A stretch of 64,000 bases of DNA from Eledone cirrhosa (GCA_964016885.1 OZ024751.1:5518001-5582000); one strand, 5' to 3'. Shown: positions 27,427 through 45,660, counted from the first letter of the stretch. The notes: generated from the sequence alone by a model not told the origin. Numbers and translations: made by a program.

Positions 27427-28514
27427 GGAAAGCCTTCTCAAAACCGTGTTTCCCAGGAGTGTATAGAGTGCCTCTGTAGGGTTCTCTGTAAGTCTGTTCT
27501 TCATATGAACGTAGGGGGAGATTTGATTGTCATCTCCAAGGTGTCAAACTACCACGTAGGTATATGTTTATATTGTTTCTACTGATATTGCATTTGAGAG
27601 ATCACACATAGTTATAGGTGTGAACTTTGTGCCACATTGTACTTGATATGTGTGTAAATATATATCTATGATTTCACATTTTTACATATCTAGAGAACTG
27701 ACGCGTCTATCTATTGTAAGTGTGTATATCTCTAATTTACCACAGACGAAATATTTTTTGCTAGAAGGTATCCCAGATAATCGCCATCGTTAAAAATCAC
27801 TTGATTAAAGACTTGAAATATGAATATATATTGAAATTAATGCAAATATATTTAAATAGACATTTCAATTTAAATGCTGTGTCTCATTTGTCGATAAATA
27901 TATCTTTGATATAATAACTTGATATAATCAACGTCTCTACATTCTCTGTGTCTTTGTATTTATTGATCCCAACATTAACGGTTGCGTCAAATATACTTCT
28001 CTGATGAGATATAATGAGACTGGAATACATCTGTTGCTTTGTTCATTTATATATAAAGCCCAAAGCAACTAAAATTGTATTGTACTTATTGTTCAAAAAC
28101 ACCTACCATTAATTTTATTTGCATCATCTCACAGTCATTTTATTATAATAAATATTTTGAATAATCCCATTTGGTCGACAGTTTTCACGTATATATACCT
28201 CTACACGAGTATAGATACAGGTATAGTTACGTTCATACAGAGTGTACAACTCATACTGAGTTTGGTTCAATAACGGTATTCTGAGTAGAATATCGCGAGA
28301 AAACCTAAATCATCAGGAGACTTTCTCGGTTCAGAAATAGAATTCAAGACAAGAATTCCCGGCCGTCCGCTGTTAGTGAAGATTTCGAATGAAACAACTG
28401 TCACGTGACAACTACCTGGCAGGAGGATTAGCATAGTGGACTATGGCAGGCAACATGCTACTAGAAAGTAGTTCGATTCCGCCAAATATTCACTGTATCA
28501 TAAGGGAGTGTATT

Positions 28515-28700
28515 GGATTGGCAGTATCGGTAGAGGGTCGGACGCCATGCTTTGACGCATAGAGTTACGGTCTTTGCCATTCTGAGTTCAAATCCCACCG
28601 ATGTTAACTTTGCCTCTCATCCTTACGGGGTCGATAAAATAAAGTACCAGTAATGCACTGGGTAATTGCTGGCCTTGTGCCAAAAAGTAGAAACAATTAT
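28515..28700 (+). mobile_element. tRNA-derived Deu/Nin-core SINE
   Basis: Full-length match to the family. Confidence 0.9.
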
Positions 28701-28711
28701 ATATTAAATGA

Positions 28712-28811
28712 AGGGCGGTGAATTGGCAGCTTTGACGCATAGAGTTACGGGCCTTGCCATTCTGAGTTCAAATCCCGCCAAGGTTAACTTTGCCTTTCAT
28801 CCTTACGGGGT
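28712..28811 (+). mobile_element. Truncated Deu/Nin-core SINE
   Basis: GGCGGTGAATTGGCAG start, internal deletion, ends at CCTTACGGGGT. Confidence 0.85.
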
Positions 28812-29385
28812 AGATACAAGTATAGATACATACATAAAGAGTGTACAACTTATACTGAGTTTGGTTCAAAGAAATAGTTAATAAGATTAACAGATTCAGA
28901 GCCTAATAAAATCAAATATGAAAAAAGCAAACAAGTTATGAAAAACATCTTTATCTACTTACTACTACAGTTTTATTAGGAAGATAACGGTACTCTGAGT
29001 AGAATATCGCGAGAAATCCTAAATCATCAGAAGACTTTCACTGTCCAGAAGACAAGAATTCCCAGTCGTTCGCTGTCAGTGAAGATTTCGAACGAAAGAA
29101 CTATGCCTGCCATAGTCCCCTGTGCAGCCCTCCTACTGGTCGCTTGTCACGTGACAGTTATTTTATTCGAAATCTTCACTAACAGCGAACGGCTGGGAGT
29201 TCTTGTCTTGAATTCTATTTCTGGACAGAGAAAGTCTCCTGATGATTTAGAATTTCTCGTGATAATCTACTCTGAGTACCGTTATTTTCCTAATGAAACT
29301 TCAGTAGGGACATTAAAATGAGTAAGTAAAGATTTTTTTCTTAACTTTTTTCTTTGCCTTTTCCATATTTGATACGTATATATAT

Positions 29386-29600
29386 ATAGAAGTGGTTACA
29401 CAACAGTTAGTTCACCATACCGAGAACAATTGTTTCACCTTAGCGGATTTTCAGCTTGTACTGGTCACGGTTATACGGAACAGGAAGAACAACCGTAAAC
29501 AATTGTTCTCGGTATAGTGAACTTAACTGTTGTGTTTCTACTTCTACCAAACTCGTTCCATGGACTCAGTGCTCTACCACTACGGATATTACCTTCCAGT
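29386..29600. mobile_element. Mini palindromic pLTR with HHR-like motif (arms 29386-29436 / 29497-29547; tail to 29600)
   Basis: Minus strand CTGAAAA-TCCGCTAAGGT-GAAACAATTGTT, with inverted arms. Confidence 0.75.
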
Positions 29601-29611
29601 GCTCTACCCCC

Positions 29612-29668
<57 letters not shown>

Positions 29669-29689
29669 TATACATATATATATATATAT

Positions 29690-29792
<103 letters not shown>

Positions 29793-29794
29793 AT

Positions 29795-29925
29795 TTTGGG
29801 AGGATTCCCTATTGGGATCGGGAAATGACAACAGTTTGAAAAAGGCACTCAATTCTTTGGTGGAGTATATGTCTGTTTATTTTATATAGAAATGACTTCT
29901 ACAGGACTAGAACTTTTTCATTCAT
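29795..29925 (-). mobile_element. pLTR end plus tail of the 3186/36955 family
   Basis: ATATAGAAATGACTTCTACAGGACTAGAACT matches 3255-3285. Confidence 0.7.
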
Positions 29926-29943
29926 ATGAAATAGTCATATATA

Positions 29944-30016
29944 CCGGGTGTTCAAAAAATGTATACATATTTATTGGAATGGTGTTGAAGCGTGTATAAA
30001 TTTTTTGGCCATCCTG
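29944..30016. mobile_element. 73-bp Tc1/mariner-like MITE
   Basis: TA|CCGGGTGTTCAAAAAATGTATACA ... TGTATAAATTTTTTGGCCATCCTG|TA: imperfect TIRs of the CAGGGTG type with a TA target. Confidence 0.6.
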
Positions 30017-30033
30017 TATATATATATATATAT

Positions 30034-30130
<97 letters not shown>

Positions 30131-31487
30131 GTTAAATATTTTCATCCCAGGAAATATTCTATGCCAATGATTCGATACAAACTACAATATCTCGTTTCAT
30201 AACGGATATACAACATTTCCACGTGAGATTTCCTGCTTACATTTGATTATACAGAATAACCATCATCATTGTCGACAGATGCCTGGGCAATATAAAAATA
30301 GACTTCAGAATATACACTTTCCTGATTTCCTATTCCTCAACACAAAACACATTGATCCAATGTATATTTTCTATGAATACTTGCTAGCATGCAATCCTTT
30401 ATATTCATACTGATTTAAGGAAGAAACGATCGCTGCAACTAGAATCCTGACGTTCTCTTTTCTAAAGTAGAACTGTGGCTCTATTCCAACTCTCAACTAC
30501 TAAACTTAATATTTAGCAGACTTTCGTTCAACACAAAAGTATATTATGGAATATATAGCTATATTTTCTACATGTCAAATGAACTGGCGCCTCACAAGGA
30601 ATTAGAAACTTCGACCGCTAAACTGTGTGTATATTTATCATTTGCATAATAGAAAGGTTAGATTCATGCAGCTTTTACCCATTTTGTATAATCAATTCTC
30701 TAGGCAGTCTATGGACACTGATACATTGGCATCATGCCATTTTCAGTGCAATGTTACAAATATGTTTTGATAAATGTGTGCTTGACATTGCGTTGGAAGA
30801 GATCTAATGTATGCTATGCAGCATCTTTAAAACTCCCAAGTTGTACGTTTCACCAAAACGATCTGTCGAAATATTTCTATTAAGTCAACAAAACATTTTA
30901 ATGTTTGCTAACATGATAATTCCTCTGATGAATTATTTGAATCAATTGAAAATATAGAACAATTTTCTCATCACTTAAATCAAAGTATTAAAAGTTCAAT
31001 AATAACAGGTAATTGAACTGTTAACGTGATTAGAATCTTATGGAAGTAATACGTCGTATTGTTCAAACTAAGGAAAGATAACCCTTAATTTTTTAAGAAG
31101 GAAAACTCCCCCAAAGTTACAAAAGGAAAATCCGATTATTCCCAATCTTTTCACTTTATCAGAAATACTGACATTTTTGAATAAGCATAAAGTCTTCTGT
31201 TTAAAAGAAAAACAGGCATAATTCTTTAATTTCCCAGAGGAATCGGTATTTCTGCTGTGAAATGTATTCAAGTAATAACTGAATCTGCCATTGTACTTTC
31301 TTCTACATCAAGAGATTATATTCTCCACTAAGGTCTTCAGTGTACACCAACCTGCAAACTATCGCTTAGACGTTCGTCTGCTCAATCGCCTGCTCAATCG
31401 TACAAAAGAAAGGATTGTTAAGCTTGAATAGAACTTAATCTATATATAAATGTGAGTGACCTCCGTCCGTTTGTCACACACACAATA

Positions 31488-31559
<72 letters not shown>

Positions 31560-31595
31560 GGAGGTCAGTTTTATTGTAGTACAATAAAGCAATGC

Positions 31596-31641
<46 letters not shown>

Positions 31642-32159
31642 TTATGAATGTATGTGTGTGTAAAAGGAATGATATGGATGGTGAAAAAACTATAGGAAAA
31701 CGGTGGCTGGCATTTCATTGGCTATGCTGTGTGTGAGTGTATGTGTGAATGTATGTATGTGTATGTGTGTATTTGTCTGAATGTATGTGTGTTTGTGTGA
31801 ATGTATGTATGTGTTTGTATGAATGTGTTTGTATGAATGTATTTGTATTTGTGTGAATGTATGTCTGTGAGTGTTTATTTTTGTAAGTGTGTCTGTGTTT
31901 GCACGTTTATATTTATATAAGCATACATATAAATGTATACATATGCACATACACATACGCACATACATATGCACATTCACGTTAGTGTGTTGAAAAAATC
32001 CTAGTAAAAATGAAATGCAATGTCGTGGTGGGAGATATTTGAACTTAGAAGGTACAGATATAGTTGTATATTGGCAAACATTTTAATCGATACTGCCGTA
32101 CCGATTATGTAAAATCCGTAGCATTTACATATTATAAAAAATACACTTCATTAAAAAAA

Positions 32160-32352
32160 ATAATTGTTTCTACTTTTGGCACAAGACAAGCAATTATCCC
32201 AGTGTATAAGTGGAACTTTATTTTATCGACCCCGTAAGGTTGAAATGCAAAGTTAACCTCAGCGGGATTTGAACCTAGACCATAAAGGATCGTAACTCTA
32301 TGCTGAAAAGCATGGCGTCCAACCTTCTACCGATACTGCCATTCCACCGCCT
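32160..32352 (-). mobile_element. tRNA-derived Deu/Nin-core SINE
   Basis: Family match including the GGCGGTGGAATGGCAG start. Confidence 0.85.
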
Positions 32353-32485
32353 CTCTTCATTAAAGAAAATAATGTGGAACAATTCGAACATTCTTTAAAC
32401 GAAGAATCCTTCCCCAAAATTTTCCTATATTTTTTTCACAGCGAGAGGTTACATATGGTTTTAGACCCACCACACCCATATACAT

Positions 32486-32533
<48 letters not shown>

Positions 32534-32614
32534 CATATATATATATATGCACACACATATATATATATACACAATATATATATATATATATACATACACA
32601 CACACACACACACA

Positions 32615-32678
<64 letters not shown>

Positions 32679-35349
32679 TATTTATATATATATATATATA
32701 TATATATACAGGCACACACACATATATACTCACATAGATGTGTCCATATGTGTCTGTCTGTATATATGAATATTTTATGTAAGTATGTGGGTATGTATAT
32801 CTGTTTATGTGCTATTCATTTTTGACAATATGGTGGCTATACTTAACACCAATTGTCGTGTGAATTAACAGATAGCTCCAACCACTCGTAATTACAAAAA
32901 TGGCGTCATGTTGACGCCGAGTTTCAGAATGTTTTACAAGAATAAAAAAATGATAAAATACGATTCTGTCTCTATATATATTTATTAAAATGTTCATGCT
33001 GTGCTGGTGTATTAGGAAAATGAAGAAGTGGATTTGGTGACGATATATACAGTGATAAAACACGTTGGCGATAAACTTCTACCGTATATTTTAAGCAGCT
33101 GCAGATACGCTACATGGGGTGAGTCCCTATTTGGTCGATCAATCTGCTAATACAGCAGCCAAATTCCCCTTAAATCAATTCATATTATCTAGAGAAAAAA
33201 AATGTAAGATACATCATGTAATGACGTCTTAGGAATACTGTTTGAATAAAATATAGATTGGACATAGCTTAACGATTAATTCTGCTTTAGAAATACGAAG
33301 CCAAATGGCCCCAAATTGTATTAAAAAATTGGTAGAGGGATGGGGAAGAGGGGTATTTTGTTGGAAGTACAACGAAACCTTCGGAAATGTTTCAGTCTTT
33401 AGGGATTTGTATCTGTGAATTATGATTGCATTATTGTAAAGCGATGTGTCTATTAGCAAGAATTATTTACCGTAAAGTAAATCTATATACGATTTAAACT
33501 GCAATGCAGATGGGTATTTCGACTTTCTGAAACTGTTTGTGTCTCTCTAATTTTTAGTGCAGTTGAAAAATTCCAAGAAGAGAGAAAATTAACGCCCACC
33601 GATGTACATGAAACTGTGAAAACAAAACAAAAATAGGAAATAGGAAAATAGAAAATAGGAAATAGGAAAAATAAAGAAAAATGAAACAAGAAAATAAAAA
33701 CATGGAAATATCGGAATATTCAGGAATTTATGTGGAGTCATTTGGTGTAATAATATGTTATGTTGAACGATACCAAACGATAAATAGGGACACCGAGTAT
33801 AGACAGAAACATTTATAGAAAACAGTTAGAGTTATAGTTACAAACACACACTTATATAGAAAAACACACACCCAACCATATACAAATATATACAGAAACA
33901 CACATGCACACACATACAAAATTAATAATTTGCACTTAATATAACGGTATTTGCAAGCAGCACCACGATCATTATAAGACTCACAACAAAAGCATAACCA
34001 CTAGATAACAACAATAACAGCAACAGAGCAATGAAAACTGACTTTATATGAATCAGTTAGGAATAAAGATCTAAAGGAAAAGAGAATTATGCGCAGGAAA
34101 ATTAAATCACAGCCACAAAGGTATGCTGATAATAGTGAAGATGGACATCAGTGAATATATAGAAGCAAGAGGCATTAATATTGAGAGGAAATACTTGAGA
34201 CATACTCTAGTATATACAAATAGAATGGAAATTGAATAGAATTATTCGTAGTTCGAACAATGAGCTTTCTTTTTTATATTTCTTCTAGACATATTTTCAT
34301 GTAGTTAGTGATTAACTGGAAGAAATACTTTGTTGTTGATTCAATCAATTCTTTTATTCTATATTATATTCCAAACTCTCAATGCGTTCATCTAGTTTGT
34401 ATCGGTTATGTAAATGATTCTGGTTCCAAACTCATGTAAATAACGAAATATATATATGTATGTATATGTATGTATATATACATGTGTGTGTGTGTGTGTA
34501 TGTATATGTATATATATATATATGTATATATGTGTGTGTAGTCATATAAATATACTTTCAGGATGCGTACATATAAAATGCACACACACACACACAGACG
34601 CACACACACACACACATGCACACACAGGTAAACACATACACACATGCACACATACACATACAAACACACACACATGCACACACAAACACAAACACACATG
34701 CACCCCCCACACACAAAAAACACTCATGCACACACACATATATATATGAAATTGTATGTGAATCACACATTTATATATTTGCTGGAAGAAAGAGAAAAAA
34801 AGAGAAGAGAGCGAGACATAACAGTTAATTGAGTTACAAACAAAATGATTACAGATTCCCAACACAGTTGAGTAGTGCAACCACGTCAACAAGAAGTGTC
34901 AATTACAAATAAAATGCATTTAGTAGGACATGTAGTGACATCTAGTGACACTTAGTGACATCTAGTGACACGGAAGAAGAGTTAAGCTGTCCTAATTGAA
35001 TAACGTCAGTAATATCGACTGGCAGGAAACGGATACCGACATTTTCACGTGCAGTAATATTTCATTAAATATTTTCTATTCCGTATTCAACTAACGTTCT
35101 CATTATTCAAAACGAACTGACTGTAACGTAATGACGGGCTAGGAAATTGGGGAATAATTGGTTAAACTTTAGAGCAATTCTGTTCTTCTTACATATAATT
35201 CAATTGGTAAGATTTAATAATTAGCTGGTTATTTCGTTCAAGTTGAACATATTCAATTACAAGGCGTAAAAGTTTCCACCTGTAGTCAAATGTCTCGAGC
35301 TTAACCACGACCAAGGATTGCGTCAAAACATACACGCTCACAATGATAT

Positions 35350-35973
<624 letters not shown>

Positions 35974-36030
35974 CAAATATAAATTAGCGAGAATCGTATT
36001 TCAGCTCAGGAATTAACGAAAATCAACGTC

Positions 36031-36096
<66 letters not shown>

Positions 36097-36101
<5 letters not shown>

Positions 36102-36905
36102 GAGATCAAAAGATGGTTAAAAGAGTTCCAAGTATTTTATTATGCGCATTTCAGAAACAAATATCATCATGGGATGATATTTGCGTTCTCATCAGATAAA
36201 ATAGGGAGACATTATATGAAGCTTATAAAACACTTGCGAGCAGTGAAGTGTTAAATCAACATATGAAAAATAAAGTAAGATGGATATATGAGATTGGGAA
36301 AAATATTATTTTATATATGAATATTGATTGTTTCTTGTATCTCATTCTGTTATTTTGCCCGAGAAAATATGTGTGTGTCATCAAACGTTGTACACACATA
36401 GATATGTTTTCAAGTTCCAATTGAGTTCTAGCCCGTGGCCTGAATTCCTTTTAGAATTCATTGTCCTGCGCATGTATTGTTTTTTTGGCGGTAATTTACT
36501 TCCTCATTTTTGAATCAGTTTGAGTATTTCTTTAGAACTGCTGGAGTAGCAACCCAACAGATACCTCAGGCACTGATGGTGATTATCGCTAAATACTGAT
36601 ATTGGTTAGATTATCAATATTAGTATTATTGGGCACCCACTGATGAATTATACGAGCCCACTTGAATATATATTTGTTGGTCGTATACAAGCTCCTACAT
36701 AAATTGGTATAATTTCACTCAAATTGTAGGAATCTTATAATGAAACGAGACGTCCGTCTAAGAAATAATACAGCCAATTTTCCACACAATATATTTAGTT
36801 AGCACCCCGAACGTTTAATTAGGAATATACTCACTTATTTCCTAATGTTTGTTGAGTGAGTTGGAATTTGGCCGGAGTATCGCAAAAAAGCTTTCTCCGA
36901 TAATG
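36097..36905 (-). mobile_element. TA-flanked decayed PLE with HHR pLTR (36097-36265)
   Basis: TCATCAG 36189-36195 and TTTC 36149-36152, matching 11967-12150. The remainder is not recognisable. Confidence 0.6.
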
Positions 36906-36949
36906 TATTTATATATATATATATATACAAATATAAATATATATATATG

Positions 36950-37172
36950 TAAGTTATTCAGGGTTGAATCGGAGGTAACCACAGTAAGTAAGGTACACAA
37001 TACATAGCAGAGAATAAAAGTTTTAATATAGATGAGATTCTACAGGACAAGAACTGTTTCATTCTTTAGAAATCATCAGGAATCTCTGATCATGATTCCT
37101 GATCATGATTCGTGATGATTTCTAAAGAATGAAACAGTTCTAGTCCAGTAGAATCTCATCTATATTAAAACT
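36950..37172. mobile_element. Mini palindromic pLTR with HHRs (arms 37019-37084 / 37107-37172; tail 36950-37018)
   Basis: TCATCAG 37073-37079. The junction carries a duplicated CTGATCATGATTC. Confidence 0.85.
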
Positions 37173-37329
37173 ATGTATATATATATATATATTCTAGGGC
37201 GGGTAAAATTCCCGAGATCCATGGACAAGTTCTCTCCATGAAGATTGGGAATACGTAAGATTATGTGGTTGAGAGGAAGAGCAAGGCCTGTGCGGCGTGC
37301 CACAGCTTGATGTATATATATATATTGAT

Positions 37330-38050
37330 ATATTGGATTCTACACCATCGGTCATCTCTCCAACCATCCACTCCATAACTTGAAAAATATCCAGCAACTC
37401 TTCACACATCCGATGGAACTACCTTAGGAACTTAACCACGAGCATACACACACATTTTTTTTGTACCATGCCACCTAAATCCACACCACATTTAAACACA
37501 AACACACACGTGCGTACCCCCACATATACACACTCAACCTCCGGAATCCACACGCCACCTCCCCCACCCCTGACCCCTCGCCATCCACACGCACGCACAC
37601 ACCGACTTACACCCCACCCCACGCACACACCTTTTCCTGAACATGGAACCTCGTTCTTCCTCAAACTCTCATACACACGCACACACACTCACGTACACCT
37701 ACACACATACACAAATACCACCTTCAGCCCCCCCCCCCCCCGCCTCCCTCTCCCAACTCCACCCGTCACCATACTTACACGCCTCACACCTTTCCACCAC
37801 TTGTTCATCTTATTGTTTATTCTTATGTTTATTTTTACGTTTATTTTTATTTTCATTTTTATTTGTTATCCTTCCCCCTTTTTTCTAAATGTATTTCCAC
37901 GCACCCTCTGAACTCTCTTCCTAACCTATTTACTCCTGAAGAAGGGCTTATGCCCGAAACGTCGTTCCCCACCCACCGCACTCTCAAAAGCGTGAACCTA
38001 ATAAACCTTTATTATTCTGCCACTCTGTTTTGTTCCCGTATAAATTTGCA
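37330..38050 (+). mobile_element. PLE 3' end (GIY-YIG C-terminal trace, UTR, HHR, AATAAA)
   Basis: YWILHH trace at 37330 resembles KYWILQN of 53751-53999. HHR at 37936 and AATAAA at 38000. Confidence 0.65.
37930..37968 (+). ncRNA. Minimal hammerhead ribozyme
   Basis: CTGAAGA-AGGGC-TTAT-GCCC-GAAAC-GTC. Confidence 0.8.
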
Positions 38051-38051
38051 C

Positions 38052-38199
<148 letters not shown>

Positions 38200-38840
38200 C
38201 GTGCGTGTGTACATGATTGTGTATTATGCGTGCTATTATGTTGTTTTCCGACCGTTATATGTGTTCTCATTATTGTTACAGTTTTGGACTGCGGCTCCAG
38301 TGGAGTACAATCTATCAAATTCATAATAAAAATTGCTCAAACTATTTTGCTAGACACACCACAGAGTAATTTGGGCGTTTTGAGGTGCGTCATTATTAAA
38401 TCTGCTCCAATATATCAAACATTTCATCGACTGCTAAGTAATAAAATAGAAGTCGAGACTGCAGATATTTGGGCCTAGAAATTAATGGTGCTAAAACAAT
38501 ACAGGAGTAGTTAATCATATTTTGTCAAAGCAATACTTTCGAAAGATTAAAAAGTAAAATTAATAATATTGAATTCGAAAAAAAAAAAAAAAAAAGAAAA
38601 TACCCGAAAACAAATGGTCTGTGGCATGAAAAGCTGTTAACAAAATTTAGTAGATTAAAAATGAGTTCGTTAGATGTAAGGGCAGGAGGTTTCTTTCGTC
38701 GAAAAATGACTTAGTTACTCAAACAACGAATAAAGCAATAGAATCTCATTGCCCAAGAGCTAGACTAACTCAATGGTGGTTTAGTACAGCAGCTGGTGAT
38801 GTTGTTGTGGTTGTTCTTAGTTTAGTCGTTGTCGCTGCCG

Positions 38841-38990
38841 TTCTTCTTCTTCTTCTTCTTCTTCTTCTTCTTCTTCTTCTTCTTCTTCTTCTTCTTCTTC
38901 TTCTTCTTCTTCTTCTTCTTCTTCTCCTCCTCCTCCTCCTCCTCCTCTTCTTCTTCTTCAAGTCAAGTCAAGTCAAGTCAAGCCAAGTCA
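38841..38990. repeat. (TTC)n/(TCC)n and (AGTCA)n repeats
   Basis: Direct reading. Confidence 0.95.
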
Positions 38991-39399
38991 ACATTTGGAC
39001 TCTGTATATTTAAGATTATTTTATTCAATATCTTTTATTTCGCCAGACACTAGGGTGACATAAAAGGGTATTTGACAACTATTTCTGACAGGTTCGTATA
39101 TTCTGCTGCCCAGAGGTCCGTAGATACACATTTAGTAGCAACTCTATTTCAGGTAAATCAGTTATGGCTGTCATTGTTCCTGCGTTCGTTGAGCTTCTTA
39201 GCAGTCCCGATTGAACACGTTTCACATCAAAAGCATTCTGACGGGATCAGCCAGATATTTTTGACTTCTATATATCTCGTTCTGATCTATCGACAAGATC
39301 CCAGACATCATTCACTTGACAAGATGGGTGGACCTCGTTGAATCGGACCAAGGAAACTATTTCCATTAGTTTTTCCATTGCTGATACGGGTCGGAATTT

Positions 39400-39525
39400 C
39401 TAGCAGAAAGAGCACCGTGAAATAAAGTGTCTTGCTCAAGGACACAACACATCACTGGCTCCAAGAATTGAACTCGCAACCTCACGATTGAAAATCTAAC
39501 TTTTTAACCGATAAACCACGCGCCT
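39400..39525 (-). mobile_element. Second tRNA-derived SINE family, decayed
   Basis: Minus strand AGGCGCGTGGTTTATCGGTTA..GAGTTCAATTC..GTGTTGTGTCCTTGAGCAAGACACTTTA. Confidence 0.65.
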
Positions 39526-39709
39526 TCGCTTGACTGCGAATGATTTATAATACAGAGTAAATTTGGGGGAAGAGGATTAATCGTCCATGTTACGAGGAGT
39601 CAGAAAAACTTATGGAAAATAACGAATCCTTGACTTTAAATATTCATAGATATGCAAATTATTACATTTACTGTTTTGGTTTTACTATTGTTGGTTTATC
39701 ATAATTACC

Positions 39710-40108
39710 ATTGGTCTAAGGCTAAAAGCGTTGGTCTAAGGCTTAAACTGTTGGTCTATGGCTTAAGCTGCTGGTCTAAGACTTAAATTGTTGGTCTAAG
39801 GCTTAAGCTGTTAGTCTAAGGCTTAAACTGTTGGTTTAAAGCTTAATGTGTTGGTCAAAGGCTTAAGCTGTTGGTCTAAGGCTTAAACTATTGGTCAAAG
39901 GCTTAAACTATTGGTCAAAGGCTTAAACTATTGGTCAAAGGCTTAAACCATTGGTCAAACGCTTAAACTGTTGGTCTAACGCTTACACTATTGGTCAAAG
40001 GCTTAAACTGTTGATCTAAGATTTAAACTGTTTGTCTAGGGCTTAAACTGTTGGTCTACGGCTTAAACTGTTGGTCTACGACTTAAACTGCTGGTCTAAG
40101 GCTTAAAC
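39710..40108. repeat. 20-bp minisatellite TTGGTC(T/A)AAGGCTTAAACTG, about 20 copies
   Basis: Direct reading. Head-to-tail with no spacers. Confidence 0.95.
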
Positions 40109-40693
40109 CCTTTACATTCTAATGGGTTTTTAAAGATTTCATCAAAAGCCAGTTCAAATTTGAATGCTGACCAAGAAAAGTTTATTATTTAAGATAAATA
40201 TCAAACACCATAATGGTAGTGAGTGTATAGCAACAGATAAACACTTATATATTTTGTAAATAAAATCGTAGGTAATGGGTGTTTGTTTATTCTTCAATCA
40301 GATCTAGGAGTATATCATGAGAACTTGAATTAAGAAATACTATAAAATTATTCAATAAATTATTCAAGATTTATTTCTTTCTTATCGATCAGCTTTCATT
40401 GCCGGCAGTAGAGGGCTTTGATTTATTACGTCTTCTTGTCTAAATCAATATTGACTGAAGACACACAGACAGATGCATGTATGTGTACACATACAGCCAG
40501 ACATACACATGCATATATATACATAGACACACATACACACACACACATATGCATGTATAATATATATGTATGTATATATACGGAGATACACACACGTACA
40601 ACTGAAATAATAATTTTCATAAAGTAAATCCCATTTATATATAGGCATAGAAGTACATAAACTGATACACCTTACATTTGTGTGTATATATAT

Positions 40694-41019
40694 ATTAGTA
40701 TTGGTTCTCTGAAATAGCGATGTATGTTTGAATACACATATAGTATATTTGATAATACAATGTATGTTTATTTAAAACCATTTTGAAGACCATTCGCTAC
40801 GAGTTTTAAAGTAGTGACTACATCACCTACTCGCTCTCCGCAAAAACAAAGGGAAGTAATCGACGGCCGTTTGTCGCTCGTTAGTGGTTGTCAAGATTAC
40901 ACATCCCTTCACTTCGTATAGTATATTTGATAATATACTGTATATACATACAGTATATTATCAAATATACTATATGTACATTCATACATACATCGCTATT
41001 TCAGAGCACCAATACTAAT
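40694..41019. repeat. Foldback (40694-40766 / 40950-41019) with extra partial direct copy 40918-40945
   Basis: ATTAGTATTGGTTCTCTGAAATAGCGATGTATG vs CATACATCGCTATTTCAGAGCACCAATACTAAT. Confidence 0.8.
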
Positions 41020-41169
41020 TCCGAATTTTTGCTAGACCGGCAACCGCTCTGTTTAATCATTTTTTAAACATTACTGGAATTCATAAGAATCCAGCTCCTA
41101 TAACTCTCGGCAGAAGCGAAGGGATATCTAATCTTGGTAAGCACTAACGAGCGAGAAACGGTCGTCGAT

Positions 41170-42170
41170 TACTTCCCTTTGCCACTGATTAGCAAGAGGA
41201 GATGCAAGTTGATGTCGACACACCTTCAGGACACAAGCAGGGCACCTATCGGGGACTACTGCTGAATTGTGTTTAGTTTTGTTTATTGCCGCTAAGACTT
41301 CAGGGGTGCCAAACATTATGTCCGATATAGTGTGTTAGGGATTAACATCACTGATACAGCCCAGATCAGCTATATCAGGATTGTTGAAAACAGCAGTATT
41401 GTTTCTGTACCATCTCATACATTGTTTTAGCATTATCTTGGAGAATGCCATTTTCATTAATTAGAGGTCCGACAGTGGAGCCGGAGACTTTGTGTTTTTT
41501 TCGCAAATGAAAAGAACACTTTGGGATTGAGTTTGATTTTCTCAATGGCCCAGGCCTCTTCAGCTGCTCTTTGATCGTTGATTATGAACATCATGCTGTC
41601 TTCGAGGTTGTGTTCTTTCAATTCTAGTGATGTAATGGTAGTCAAATGGTTGTGTTGCTGCTGGCAGTATATCAGTTTGTTGATTCTTTTGTTAATTCTT
41701 TTAATTTTTCTGATAAGTGTTCTATTTCTAGGGATTCTGCATTTGTTTACAGATTTTAATGGGGTATATTTTGCACATATATTTGTTACAGCGTCTACAA
41801 ATGATTGCCAGGATTTTTCTCTGTCAGTGGGTGTGTGAGTGTGCATGAAAGACCAATTGACATGTGCAAGATCTTGATTGATCGCTTCCCAGTTTGCATG
41901 ATGAAGATACATGGTGTTAAATAGATGAATTGGAGAGGTGTCATTGGGTTTGCTTTTTGGGCGGTGGAATCTCAAACCCCAGAGAACCATGTCATGGTCT
42001 GAGAGTAGAGTTTTTTTCCACTGCAATATTGTGGTTAGTGTGGCACCCTGTTGATTCGAGCACAAGTTGGACAGGAAATACTCATCCATTAAGTCAAGAA
42101 TCGATTCTACTGCCTCTTTGTCAGGGGTTGAAGTGGAAATATGAACATATCTATTTGTAAGCCAGCAACG
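41170..42170 (-). mobile_element. CR1/L2-like LINE ORF2 fragment (end of endonuclease to start of RT)
   Basis: LLSDH, HHANWEAINQDLAHVNW, WQSFVDAV, IKLNPKVFFSFAKK, EVLAAINKTK..PD.CPA.VLK.C..QLASPL. Confidence 0.8.
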
Positions 42171-42323
42171 TTTTGTTTGTGTGTGATATATGACTAGATC
42201 GATAAAGTCAATATTATTGAAACGCTTCTTTTAAATATTTTCAGGTTAAAAATCTGCTTAAATGGATTTACAATGAATTACATATGCGACACACACGCAC
42301 ACACACACACACATACACACACA

Positions 42324-42403
<80 letters not shown>

Positions 42404-42509
42404 TATATATATATATGAAGACAATATAATAGGAGACAGTTATTATTGTTATTTTTCTAACTGCTGGTCAGATGTGGTGATGTTCACCACATATACGAAG
42501 AGACACACG

Positions 42510-42558
<49 letters not shown>

Positions 42559-42644
42559 TCAACCAATGACCTCCACCCATCCCACTCCCGACCCTCTCCT
42601 ACCACCAGAAAAGATATACATACCACCATATTTACTTGGACAGT

Positions 42645-42697
42645 CAGATTCCTGATGATTTCTCAAGAATGAAACAGTTCTAGTCCTGTAGAATCTC
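42645..42697 (+). ncRNA. Type I hammerhead ribozyme in pLTR end
   Basis: GATTC-CTGATGA-TTTCTCAAGAAT-GAAA-CAG-TTCTAGTC-CTG-TA-GAATC. All three stems pair. Confidence 0.85.
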
Positions 42698-42708
42698 ATC
42701 TATATTAA

Positions 42709-42753
<45 letters not shown>

Positions 42754-42774
42754 CAAATATATATATATATATAC

Positions 42775-45660
<2,886 letters not shown>

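Larger units (their letters stand above)
28213..29373. repeat. Composite of direct and inverted copies of one repeat (28270-28455, 28984-29098, inverted 29100-29373) with two SINEs inside
   Basis: ATAACGGTA(T/C)TCTGAGTAGAATATCGCGAGAAA at 28270 and 28984, reverse complement at 29255-29285. 28213-28269 is duplicated at 28812-28869. Confidence 0.8.

Noticed and set aside
39710-40108. 20-bp repeat array as a CRISPR array
   Set aside because: Head-to-tail units without unique spacers, no cas genes, eukaryotic context.
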